DNA of 64,000 nt from Candidatus Levyibacteriota bacterium (GTDB lineage: Bacteria; Patescibacteriota; Microgenomatia; Levybacterales; UBA12049). Both the position numbers and the translations under genes were made by a program. This document shows, piece by piece, positions 53,725 through 61,929 of the stretch (position 1 is its first letter; every line of letters starts with the position of its first letter). Location of the stretch: the NCBI GenBank assembly GCA_018061075.1, contig JAGOUW010000004.1, positions 9,192 to 73,191 of the forward strand, written 5' to 3'. The notes beneath the pieces were generated by a model, which was not told the DNA's origin, did no database searches, and saw nothing but the letters and a program-made list of their open reading frames with translations.

Positions 53725-55151
53725 TTTTTTCCATCCTGCTCTATTAGTGCATTTCCTTCTTCAGGACCCCAAGAACCTGATGCATACTTAGAGATATTTT
53801 TTTCATTCTCCCATGTTTTCAGAATATTGTCTAGAAGTTTCCAGGAATTTTGTATCTCATCAGATCGGGAAAATAAAATCTGATCACCTGCAAAAATATC
53901 TAGAAGTATTTTTTCATATGCATCAAGTCCAGTAGTTCCAAAATCATCTTTATAATTAAATTTCATATTTACACTCCCCAATTTTAGTTTTGCTCCTGGT
54001 TGCTTAGCTATCAAACGAAGAGTAATTCCTTCATCAGGCTGAATTCTAAAAGTTAAAACATTTCCAATTTCAGGGCATCCATATTCTTTGAAAAGCAAAT
54101 GACAAGTCTGAATAAAAACCACGGAAATAGTTATTACTTCCTTTTCCATTCTTTTACCAGATCTAATATAAAATGGTACTCCCTGGAATCTTGGAGTATT
54201 AACAAAAAGCTTCATCGCGACATATGTCTCTGTATCAGACCCTTTTTCAACTTCTTCCTCATTTTCATAATCATCATATTGACCTCTCACTACATTTTTA
54301 TTTGCTAGTGTCACAGCTCTAGTTACTTTGGCTCTTTCATTTCTTACATCTTCCTTAGTAAAACTTCTTGGTTGCTCCATAGCTACCGAGGAAATAAGCT
54401 GCATAATGTGGTTCTGAACTACATCCCTAAGCATTCCTACTCCATCAAAAAAATTCCCTCTATTCTCAATTCCCTCTTTTTCTGCCCAAGTTATCTGAAC
54501 ATGATCTATATTTTTATTATTCCAAACAGGTTCAAAAATACTATTCGCAAATCTAAAAGCCAGCATATTCTGAACTGTTTCTTTTCCCAAATAATGATCT
54601 ACTCTAAAAATCTGTTTTTCGTCGAAAATTTTTGAAAGTTTTTCTTCAAGCATTTTCGCTGTCTCGGCATCTTTTCCAAAAGGCTTTTCTATAACTACCC
54701 TAGTCCATTTATTACTGCCTTGCCCACAACCTTCTGAAAGTTTTGTCGAAACCAATTTATCTAAAATGTCCGAATAATGCTCTGGAGGAGTTGCAAGATA
54801 AAAAAATCTAGTTATACATGCGCCAACCTTAGCATCTAATTTATTTAAATGCTTTATGAGACTATCATAGCCAGATTCACTTTCAAAAGTTCCCTTTTCG
54901 TAATGAAGGTGCTCTGAAAACTCCTTCCACCCTTCTTGCTTAGTTAAATCGTCAAAAGAATCCCTAAATTCCTCATCAGTATATCCGCGCCTTGAAAATC
55001 CTACAATAAAAAATTCGGGAGGAAGCATTTTTTTATTAAAAAGTGAAAGAAGTCCGGGGATTAATTTATGATGAGTTAGATCTCCTGTGGCTCCAAATAT
55101 TATTAGAACAAAAGGACTTTTAAGTTCTTGGAATATTTCAGGGCTATCCAT
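53712..55151 (-). CDS. zwf: glucose-6-phosphate dehydrogenase
   Basis: IFGATGDLTHHKL, RVDHYLGKE and EKP motifs. Confidence 0.9.
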   Translation of the reverse strand: MDSPEIFQELKSPFVLIIFGATGDLTHHKLIPGLLSLFNKKMLPPEFFIVGFSRRGYTDEEFRDSFDDLTKQEGWKEFSEHLHYEKGTFESESGYDSLIKHLNKLDAKVGACITRFFYLATPPEHYSDILDKLVSTKLSEGCGQGSNKWTRVVIEKPFGKDAETAKMLEEKLSKIFDEKQIFRVDHYLGKETVQNMLAFRFANSIFEPVWNNKNIDHVQITWAEKEGIENRGNFFDGVGMLRDVVQNHIMQLISSVAMEQPRSFTKEDVRNERAKVTRAVTLANKNVVRGQYDDYENEEEVEKGSDTETYVAMKLFVNTPRFQGVPFYIRSGKRMEKEVITISVVFIQTCHLLFKEYGCPEIGNVLTFRIQPDEGITLRLIAKQPGAKLKLGSVNMKFNYKDDFGTTGLDAYEKILLDIFAGDQILFSRSDEIQNSWKLLDNILKTWENEKNISKYASGSWGPEEGNALIEQDGKKWIK

Positions 55152-55157
55152 TCGATC

Positions 55158-55186
55158 ATTATATGTCTTGACACCAAAAACTTCAA
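55158..55186 (-). promoter_or_regulatory. zwf promoter, TTGAAG-N17-TATAAT, 6 nt from the ATG
   Basis: -35 at 55186-55181, -10 at 55163-55158. Physically interleaved with the + strand promoter at 55168-55196. Confidence 0.6.
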
Positions 55187-55196
55187 AGAGTATATT
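55168..55196 (+). promoter_or_regulatory. promoter, TTGACA-N17-TATATT, 8 nt from ATG at 55205
   Basis: -35 at 55168-55173, -10 at 55191-55196. Confidence 0.6.
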
Positions 55197-55204
55197 GCGA
55201 ATCT

Positions 55205-55603
55205 ATGGCAGGACCAACATTAGCTGAAAGACAAGGGTTAGCTCCCCAAGAACCAAGACTTGATGGAGGCGCAAGAAAGTCTGCTGTCCAGGAAATTAAT
55301 GACGCAGTTGCCGCGCGCGCTGGAATAACTCAAGAACAAAGAGCCGGATATTTTACAGGAAAAGACGGATTTGAATTTGACGGAAGAAGAGGGATTGATC
55401 TTACCAGAGTTACCTTACCCGGAGCCCTAGAGGATGGTAGTCGTTATATTATAAGAACGTTTTATAGTGGAAAGGGATTTAATGAACCAGCTTTTGAAGT
55501 TATTTATCCAGCAAATTTTAAAAATCCTGGCACGTCTACCCAGACAGCACTTGACCAAGCAAGAAGCTTACTTAATCCTCCCAAACCATCAAATCAACCT
55601 TGA
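55205..55603 (+). CDS. hypothetical protein (G+C-rich orphan, 132 aa)
   Basis: No recognisable motif. TTGACA-N17-TATATT-N8-ATG upstream. Confidence 0.55.
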   Translation: MAGPTLAERQGLAPQEPRLDGGARKSAVQEINDAVAARAGITQEQRAGYFTGKDGFEFDGRRGIDLTRVTLPGALEDGSRYIIRTFYSGKGFNEPAFEVIYPANFKNPGTSTQTALDQARSLLNPPKPSNQP

Positions 55604-55628
55604 CAGCCAAAGCATTAAAGCGTATATT
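55600..55628 (+). promoter_or_regulatory. promoter, TTGACA-N17-TATATT, 8 nt from ATG at 55637
   Basis: -35 at 55600-55605 (overlaps the TGA of the upstream orphan), -10 at 55623-55628. Confidence 0.6.
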
Positions 55629-55636
55629 ACCCCATT

Positions 55637-56437
55637 ATGCTACCAGATAGAACCCCAGGCGGAGGAGCTACACCAACAGACGCCATTCCAGCGCGTATTA
55701 CAAATCGTGAAGCAAATATAACAACACTTGATAGGATTATGGGATTTGTAGTTGCGGAGTCCACCAACTTAGGGGGACGACCAGATTCCACATTGAGAAT
55801 ATCAGCTGGACCAGATACTTATTGGACTATTCAAGTACAAAAAGAGCTACTTGGACTTGGTGAAGATAAAAGTATTACTGCAGAACTTCATTCAAAAGCA
55901 GAAGAGGGATTACCAATTGAGTCAATACGCGCTGATGTTATTCAGATGTTTGGCACCAGAGTCGGAGGAATTCACTTAAATTTAAAGACAGGAGAAAGAA
56001 CTTGGGATGAAAACGCAGACGTAAGTAAAATTGCGCAATTGGTTGATGAATACTCAACACAAAGCCAAGAAGCTACTGAGAAAGCAGTAAAAGATGCAGC
56101 AGATTTAGCAAGAGCAGAGCTCCATGAAATGACTGGAATCCATAACGACAAATGGGCAATTGAAGTAAAACCTGATGCTGACTATGTAACAATATGGGAA
56201 ACAAGAGATAGGGCTACTGTAAGACTAATTGTCGCCTCCCCTGCTACTGTGGAATTACCAGACGGAACTCCAGCACGACTTGCAAGAATTACAGTTCAAG
56301 ACCTAGAAAAAGGAACTATAGTTAATCAAGGTCGAGCTCCAATTAGAGATCTGAAAGAGGCAATGGATTCAATTTTCCCAGATAGAGCAGCTATTCACGA
56401 TGAAATAAATAGAGCTCCAGATAATACGCCCGCTTAA
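55637..56437 (+). CDS. hypothetical protein (G+C-rich orphan, 266 aa)
   Basis: No recognisable motif. TTGACA-N17-TATATT-N8-ATG upstream, with the -35 overlapping the stop codon of the preceding orphan. Confidence 0.55.
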   Translation: MLPDRTPGGGATPTDAIPARITNREANITTLDRIMGFVVAESTNLGGRPDSTLRISAGPDTYWTIQVQKELLGLGEDKSITAELHSKAEEGLPIESIRADVIQMFGTRVGGIHLNLKTGERTWDENADVSKIAQLVDEYSTQSQEATEKAVKDAADLARAELHEMTGIHNDKWAIEVKPDADYVTIWETRDRATVRLIVASPATVELPDGTPARLARITVQDLEKGTIVNQGRAPIRDLKEAMDSIFPDRAAIHDEINRAPDNTPA

Positions 56438-56440
56438 TGC

Positions 56441-57190
56441 TTAAACAATCTGATCCGTTATGAGTATGGTTTTAGAGGCTATTTCGGGTTTTAAATAAAA
56501 TTTGGCAGGAAATTTTTCTATCTCCTCTTGTTCTCCGTTAAACTTAAACATCTGATTTAGAATTTCTCTTTTATCCTGACCTAACACCAAAACTATAATC
56601 AAATCTAAAACACTGATTGCATGATAATTCATCGTAATTCGTTGTCCGTATTCTGGAGCGTCATAAAAAGATACTAGTGCACTTCCATCCTCTATCATCT
56701 TTTTAGAAATTTCCGGGATGGCTGGAATTCCAGCCGTATGACCGTCTTCTCCTAGGCCCATAATTCCTACACTTTTTGGAAAATATTTAAGTATAAACCT
56801 AAGTGCTTCATCATACTGCAAAGCAGTATTCTCCAAACTTTCATCACTTTGTAAAATCGAATAAAATCTTAAATTTGAACTTTCAAAGTAATCTAAAAGC
56901 CCAGTTTCTTTCATCATGAGCTCATTACTTTTTTTGTGATTTTTTTCACCATATCTTTCATCTACTTGTCCAACTGCTCCAACCTTCAATTTTCTCTCTG
57001 CTGCAATATATTCATAAAGTTTTTTAGGAGTATTTCCACCAGAAAGAAAAAGTGTAGTTTTTAAATCACAATATTTCTCTAGAATTTCTGAAATAGTTTC
57101 ATTTGCAGACTGCGCTGTTGGAGATTCAATAACTAAAATATTATCTTTATTCTTGAAATGATTAAGCCCTAATAGCGTCGATCTATCCAT
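56441..57190 (-). CDS. pgl: 6-phosphogluconolactonase
   Basis: LSGGNTPKKLY and GLGEDGHTAG motifs of the SugarP_isomerase/Pgl family. Start re-called to MDRSTLLGL (TATACT-N6-ATG). Confidence 0.8.
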   Translation of the reverse strand: MDRSTLLGLNHFKNKDNILVIESPTAQSANETISEILEKYCDLKTTLFLSGGNTPKKLYEYIAAERKLKVGAVGQVDERYGEKNHKKSNELMMKETGLLDYFESSNLRFYSILQSDESLENTALQYDEALRFILKYFPKSVGIMGLGEDGHTAGIPAIPEISKKMIEDGSALVSFYDAPEYGQRITMNYHAISVLDLIIVLVLGQDKREILNQMFKFNGEQEEIEKFPAKFYLKPEIASKTILITDQIV

Positions 57191-57196
57191 GGCATA

Positions 57197-57202
57197 AGTA
57201 TA
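57197..57202 (-). promoter_or_regulatory. -10 box TATACT 6 nt from the pgl ATG (57190)
   Basis: Reverse complement of agtata at 57197-57202. Confidence 0.4.
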
Positions 57203-57235
57203 ACATTTGCATTTAAAATTTAAACACACAAAGAC

Positions 57236-57264
57236 TTGACAATAGACCTATAATATTATATCAT
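57236..57264 (+). promoter_or_regulatory. promoter, TTGACA-N17-TATCAT, 13 nt from the CE4 ATG
   Basis: -35 at 57236-57241, -10 at 57259-57264. Confidence 0.4.
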
Positions 57265-57277
57265 TCACATTCTAAAT

Positions 57278-58312
57278 ATGGCAGGACACGAAACACCACA
57301 GCCTAGAATTGAACAACCGGCAAATCCGGAAAGAAGAGCTTTTCTTAGAAGAGCTGGCGAAGTCGCGGTTGCGACAACTGTGGCTGCTGCTACACATAAC
57401 TTATGGCTACCACACACTGCTTTAGGCGCACAAAGAGAATCTAGCTTAGTAAATCCACAAGGAGAACCCATAAATCCACTTGATAGATCTCAGGCAATTA
57501 GAGACTTAAGTGCTGTTGAAGAAGCTTCTCGAGAAGCTAATGGAAGAACACTTCCTAATAGAACTCTGAGAACTCCTAAACCTGAAAGAAGAATCGCAGC
57601 TGAAGCTTCAAATCCACTTAAACCAGGAATGATATTCAATCAGGGAGATCCTTCACAAAGAGTAATTTATTTAACAATGGACGATGGATATGATCAAGAT
57701 AGACCAGATGGTTCCACTGTTCAGGGAGAATTAATGTTTAAAGCAGCTCTAGATGTAGCTAAAAATAATGGAGTAAAAATGACATTCTTACCAACTGGAG
57801 ATGTTTTAGCAAATAACCCTGACATGAGACCAATCGTAAGAAGAGCAAAAGCTGAAGGCCATGGTTTTGGTCTTCATACTTATTCACACACTTCCCTACC
57901 AGCCTTAACAACTGCAGAGATAGAAAGAGAAGCAGTCAGAAATCATAGAGAGCTTCAAAAAGCCCTTGGAGCACAATACAACGCTAAATTCTTAAGACCA
58001 CCTTTTGGAGATGGTGGATATGAAGGAGACTTTGATCCCGAATTAGTTCTAGCTCTTAAAGAATTAGGTCTGGCTGGAGCAATGTGGACAGGTGACACAC
58101 AAGGATATAATTATTTCCCAAATGAAGATCAAGCAACAGTTGATCAAATGGTAGAAAACGTTACGCCTTTATTTAACGGAGAAATAATTCTTATGCACGG
58201 ACTCCCAAATGATATAAAAACAATGAAGAGAATAGTAAGCTTAGGTAAATCTCAAGGTTTTCAGTTCAAATCTCTTAATTCTCTACCTGCTTCCCCTCAA
58301 CTTGGGCTTTAA
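57278..58312 (+). CDS. polysaccharide deacetylase (CE4) with twin-arginine signal peptide
   Basis: N-terminal [10 protein letters not shown] followed by [14 protein letters not shown]. NodB motifs LTMDDGY and HTYSHTSL. Confidence 0.8.
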   Translation: MAGHETPQPRIEQPANPERRAFLRRAGEVAVATTVAAATHNLWLPHTALGAQRESSLVNPQGEPINPLDRSQAIRDLSAVEEASREANGRTLPNRTLRTPKPERRIAAEASNPLKPGMIFNQGDPSQRVIYLTMDDGYDQDRPDGSTVQGELMFKAALDVAKNNGVKMTFLPTGDVLANNPDMRPIVRRAKAEGHGFGLHTYSHTSLPALTTAEIEREAVRNHRELQKALGAQYNAKFLRPPFGDGGYEGDFDPELVLALKELGLAGAMWTGDTQGYNYFPNEDQATVDQMVENVTPLFNGEIILMHGLPNDIKTMKRIVSLGKSQGFQFKSLNSLPASPQLGL

Positions 58313-58707
58313 TCTTTCTTCTTAAAATCTAACGCGCAGGAGTTAATACAGTATCTCAAACCCGTTTTATCCCTCGGTCCATCAGTAAATACATGTCCTA
58401 AATGTCCCCCGCAATTCGAACATTTCACTTCAGTTCTTTGCATTCCATGATCATTATCATCTTCTAAAATTACATTCCCCTTTGTCGCGACATCGTAAAA
58501 ACTTGGCCATCCTGAACCCGATTCAAACTTAGTATTCGAGTCAAACAAAGTATTTCCGCATGCCACACACGTATACATTCCATTCTCATGGTTATCTACA
58601 AATTCTCCTGTAAAAGCGGGCTCTGTCCCCTTTTCTCTTAGGATTTCGTACTGCTTGGGGGTGAGTGATCTTTTCCACTCTTCTTCTGTTTTCTGAATTC
58701 TATTCAT
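58309..58707 (-). CDS. msrB: peptide-methionine (R)-S-oxide reductase
   Basis: CxxC pairs ([18 protein letters not shown]) and catalytic RYCINS. Confidence 0.9.
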   Translation of the reverse strand: MNRIQKTEEEWKRSLTPKQYEILREKGTEPAFTGEFVDNHENGMYTCVACGNTLFDSNTKFESGSGWPSFYDVATKGNVILEDDNDHGMQRTEVKCSNCGGHLGHVFTDGPRDKTGLRYCINSCALDFKKKD

Positions 58708-58722
58708 AGTGAGCTTGTCGAA

Positions 58723-59844
58723 CTATTGAGGTAAAATTGATTGTCCTGCGATGATTCTTATAATGTCTTTATAGGAGACTAGAGCTAAGAAGCTTAACAA
58801 TAAAACCAAACCAACTAAGTGAGCATATGCTTCAAACTTAGCATTAACTTTTTTTCTTGTTACAGCTTCTATAAGAATAAATAATAGTCTCCCTCCATCA
58901 AGCGCTGGGATTGGTAGTACGTTTAGGACTGCTAGGCTCAAACTTAGTGTGTAGACTAATGCTAGAACCGCAGCAGGACCAACTTTCACAAATTCTCCAG
59001 TAAGCTGCGCCATTCCTATCGGACCTGCCACACCCTGAGGAACAGTAAATCTGGTTATGATTTCAGTCACAACCATCTTAAATCCTATGACTACTTGCCA
59101 TGAATCTTTAGTAGCTTGCTTAGTGCCTTCGATAAGACTCTGTGGGAATGGATACTTTCTGATATCTACACTCTGAGAAATTGCAATTCCCATAGGCCCT
59201 TCGCCTTCTGGAAACTCTTTCCTAGGAGTAACTTTAATAACTTTGGTTTCTCTTTCTTGCCCTGAGCTTACCGAACGGGTAACTGTAATACTTAATTCTT
59301 CGCCCAAATTTTTTCTAGCTTCAGCTACTAAGGTTTGAGTATCTTTAATTTCTGTACTTCCAATTTTTTGAATCACATCTCCTTTTTTAAGACCTGCTGT
59401 TTCGGCAGGTGAACCTTTAGAAATTTCAGTTAGGGTTACTGTAGTCCCTGGAGTAGGAATTCCATCAGTCGTAAAAAGATATGTCACAATAGCTACTGCG
59501 AGAATAAAGTTCATGGTAACTCCTGCAATAATTACTAGAACTCTTTGATAAATTGGTTTTGCAAAAAAAGCGCGATCAAGATCCTTCGTAACTTTTTTGC
59601 CTTTACTTATTTTCCCAGCTCCAGCCTCATCTTCTCCGTAAAGCTTTACAAATCCGCCAATAGGCAGAAGATTTATGGAGTAAAGTGTCTCCCCTATTTT
59701 CTTTCCCCATACGCGCGGAGGAAATCCAAATCCGAATTCTTCAACTTTTATCCCAAACTTTCTTGCGACCAGATAATGACCTAGCTCGTGAATTAGAACT
59801 AGAACTGAAAGCATTACTACGAAGACAACTATTGTGAGGATCAT
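58723..59844 (-). CDS. rseP: RIP metalloprotease RseP (site-2 protease)
   Basis: HELGHYLVA zinc motif, PDZ domain (GLKKGDVI), NxxPxxxLDGG motif NVLPIPALDGG. Confidence 0.85.
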   Translation of the reverse strand: MILTIVVFVVMLSVLVLIHELGHYLVARKFGIKVEEFGFGFPPRVWGKKIGETLYSINLLPIGGFVKLYGEDEAGAGKISKGKKVTKDLDRAFFAKPIYQRVLVIIAGVTMNFILAVAIVTYLFTTDGIPTPGTTVTLTEISKGSPAETAGLKKGDVIQKIGSTEIKDTQTLVAEARKNLGEELSITVTRSVSSGQERETKVIKVTPRKEFPEGEGPMGIAISQSVDIRKYPFPQSLIEGTKQATKDSWQVVIGFKMVVTEIITRFTVPQGVAGPIGMAQLTGEFVKVGPAAVLALVYTLSLSLAVLNVLPIPALDGGRLLFILIEAVTRKKVNAKFEAYAHLVGLVLLLSFLALVSYKDIIRIIAGQSILPQ

Positions 59845-59851
59845 TTAATAA

Positions 59852-59860
59852 AGTATACCA
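59852..59860 (-). promoter_or_regulatory. extended -10 (TGGTATACT) 7 nt from the rseP ATG
   Basis: Reverse complement of agtatacca at 59852-59860. Confidence 0.4.
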
Positions 59861-59871
59861 AAAATCAGAGG

Positions 59872-60423
59872 TTAAATCTGCATTAATTCTTCTTCTTTTT
59901 TCTTTCCCAATGCATCAATTTCCGCGACAAAGTCATCTGTAGCCTTTTGAATTTCCTTTTCAAGTCGCTCGTTTTCATCTTCTGGTAAATCTTCTTTTTT
60001 TAAATCATTTAGAGCTTCGTGTCTTTGCTGACGAAGCATGACTCTGCCATTTTCCAATTTTTGACTCATAAGATGAATAAGCTCTTGTCTTCTCTCTTCT
60101 GAAAGAGGCGGAATACTAATTCTAAGAATTTGACCATCAGAAGATGGATTTAGTCCAGCACCTGACTCCATTATTCCTTTTCTTATATCTTCAATAATTG
60201 AGGCATCAAATGGAGTTAGCACTAAAGTCTGCGCATCCTGAGCATTAACTGTGGCTACTTCCATCACTCGAAGCTTTGTTGTGCCGTTATACACAGAAAC
60301 TACTATATTTTCTACAAGCGAAGGGGCTGCCTTTCCAGTTCTGATGGTAGCGATATCAGCTCGAAGAATATCAAGAGCTTTTCTCATGTTTTCTCTTGTA
60401 TCTGAAATGAGATTGGGGTTCAT
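59872..60423 (-). CDS. frr: ribosome recycling factor
   Basis: RTGKAAPSLVENI, IPPLSEERRQEL and LKK..LPEDE motifs. Confidence 0.9.
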   Translation of the reverse strand: MNPNLISDTRENMRKALDILRADIATIRTGKAAPSLVENIVVSVYNGTTKLRVMEVATVNAQDAQTLVLTPFDASIIEDIRKGIMESGAGLNPSSDGQILRISIPPLSEERRQELIHLMSQKLENGRVMLRQQRHEALNDLKKEDLPEDENERLEKEIQKATDDFVAEIDALGKKKEEELMQI

Positions 60424-60429
60424 AGTTTT

Positions 60430-60435
60430 ATTATA
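60430..60435 (-). promoter_or_regulatory. -10 box TATAAT 6 nt from the frr ATG
   Basis: Reverse complement of attata at 60430-60435. The spacer and -35 region are occupied by the 22-bp palindrome. Confidence 0.4.
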
Positions 60436-60443
60436 AAGTATTG

Positions 60444-60465
60444 CATCATATATCGATATATGATG
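60444..60465. repeat. 22-bp perfect palindrome CATCATATATCGATATATGATG (copy 2)
   Basis: Read directly, between the tsf stop (60468) and the frr start (60423). Confidence 0.6.
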
Positions 60466-60467
60466 AA

Positions 60468-60920
60468 TTAAAGCTCAATTCGTGAGAATTCTCTGACCTT
60501 TATGTTTTCTCCTGTTTTTCCAATGGTGGTCTTTACTAAATCTTCAATCTTAAGCTTTGGATCTCTAATATATTCCTGAGAAAGAAGTTCTTCTACATTT
60601 TTTGGATTCATTGCTGAAATTTGCATTGCAATTTCATGAGCAAGATCTTTAAATTCTTGAGTTCTAGCTACGAAATCTGTCTCACAAAGAAGTGCGACAA
60701 TTACTCCGATTTTTCCATTTCCGTGAACATAAGACTCAACTACTCCTTGGGATGTTTCGCGATCTGCTTTTTTTAAAGCTATTTCTGCTCCTCTTTTTCT
60801 GAGCCATTCAATCGCTTTTTTATAATCTCCGTCTGCTTCTTCTAGCGCTTTTCTGCAATCTGCGATTGAAGCTGAGGTTTCTTCTCTAATTTGTTTTAAT
60901 AATTCAATATCGATTGCCAT
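60468..60920 (-). CDS. tsf: translation elongation factor Ts, short (150 aa) form
   Basis: N-terminal UBA-like TSASIADCRKALEEADGDYKKAIEWLRKRG and core LLCETDFVART. Follows rpsB. Confidence 0.8.
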   Translation of the reverse strand: MAIDIELLKQIREETSASIADCRKALEEADGDYKKAIEWLRKRGAEIALKKADRETSQGVVESYVHGNGKIGVIVALLCETDFVARTQEFKDLAHEIAMQISAMNPKNVEELLSQEYIRDPKLKIEDLVKTTIGKTGENIKVREFSRIEL

Positions 60921-60931
60921 AAATTTACAAA

Positions 60932-61825
60932 CTAAGCCTTTTTATTTTCTGTCTTAGCTGCTTTCTTTGCAGGAGCTTTTTTCACTGGAGCTTTCTTAAC
61001 CTCTTTTGCAGCTTCTTCTTTAAGAGCTTGTGCTACTACCTCTTGTGCTGATGCACCAGCTGAAGCTTTTTTAACTTCTGGCTTTTTTTCCTCTTTTGGT
61101 TTTTCTTCTTTAATCGAATTTTTTCCTTCAGCCCATGCATCCATTAGGTATCCAATAATTAATTCTAGGCTTCCGACTGCGTCGTCATTTGCAGGAATCG
61201 CGTAATCAACTAGTGCTGGGTCAGCATTTGTATCAGTAATTGCGACACTTGGAACATTCATTCTAAGCGCTTCTTTAACTGCTAAATCTTCAAGCCTAGA
61301 ATCAATTATAAAAAGTGCATCTGGTCTTCTAGTCATTTGAAAAACTCCACCATAAAATCCATTTAACTTTTCTCTTTCTTTTCCCCATCCACCGACTTCT
61401 TTTTTTGTATAACCTTCTTGAGCTGATGGTGTAGCTAAGTTGTGAGTTAGGTCCATAAGTTTTTTAAAGTTCTTACTGACTTCTTGGAAGTTAGTTAAAA
61501 GTCCGCCAATCCATTTATTAGTTACATAAAAAAGCCCTGAATCTCCTTTAATTTGTCCTTTTGCTCTCTCAATTTCTTTAATAAGAACCTCATGGCTTTG
61601 TCTTTTTGTTCCAACTATAAGAAGAGTCGATCCTGGGTTTTTTCCTAGATTCTTTAGATATTTTGCAGCGTCTTCAAGACCTTCTTTTGTTTTTGCAAGA
61701 TCAATAATGTGGATTCCATCTCTGGCTTCGAAAATAAAATCCCTGGCTTTAGGATTTGAGCGAGTTACCTGGTGACCAAAATGGCACCCTGCTTCAAGAA
61801 GTTGTTCTAATGTGATTTCTTTCAT
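60932..61825 (-). CDS. rpsB: 30S ribosomal protein S2 with Lys/Ala/Glu-rich C-terminal extension
   Basis: LLEAGCHFGHQ, WIGGLLTNF and DTNADP motifs. ~60-aa KEEKPKEEKKPEVKK...KKAAKTENKKA tail. Confidence 0.9.
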   Translation of the reverse strand: MKEITLEQLLEAGCHFGHQVTRSNPKARDFIFEARDGIHIIDLAKTKEGLEDAAKYLKNLGKNPGSTLLIVGTKRQSHEVLIKEIERAKGQIKGDSGLFYVTNKWIGGLLTNFQEVSKNFKKLMDLTHNLATPSAQEGYTKKEVGGWGKEREKLNGFYGGVFQMTRRPDALFIIDSRLEDLAVKEALRMNVPSVAITDTNADPALVDYAIPANDDAVGSLELIIGYLMDAWAEGKNSIKEEKPKEEKKPEVKKASAGASAQEVVAQALKEEAAKEVKKAPVKKAPAKKAAKTENKKA

Positions 61826-61894
61826 ATTTCTTTGCTCTTAAACCGCCATTCAGATCGAAGATATCTCCAGAGCAAATATCTGAATGTGAGTGAT
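61826..61894 (-). promoter_or_regulatory. rpsB 5' leader with pseudoknot potential covering the ribosome-binding region
   Basis: On the mRNA, stem CAUUCAGAU/AUCUGAAUG (61886-61878 with 61855-61847). The loop segment UUUGCUCU (61876-61869) is complementary to AGAGCAAA (61838-61831), which ends 5 nt before the AUG. Confidence 0.45.
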
Positions 61895-61900
61895 TGAGGT

Positions 61901-61929
61901 ATTATACAATTTCAGGCTGAATTTTGCAA
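61901..61929 (-). promoter_or_regulatory. rpsB promoter, TTGCAA-N17-TATAAT
   Basis: -35 at 61929-61924 (inside the 3' end of the upstream orphan), -10 at 61906-61901. Confidence 0.55.
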
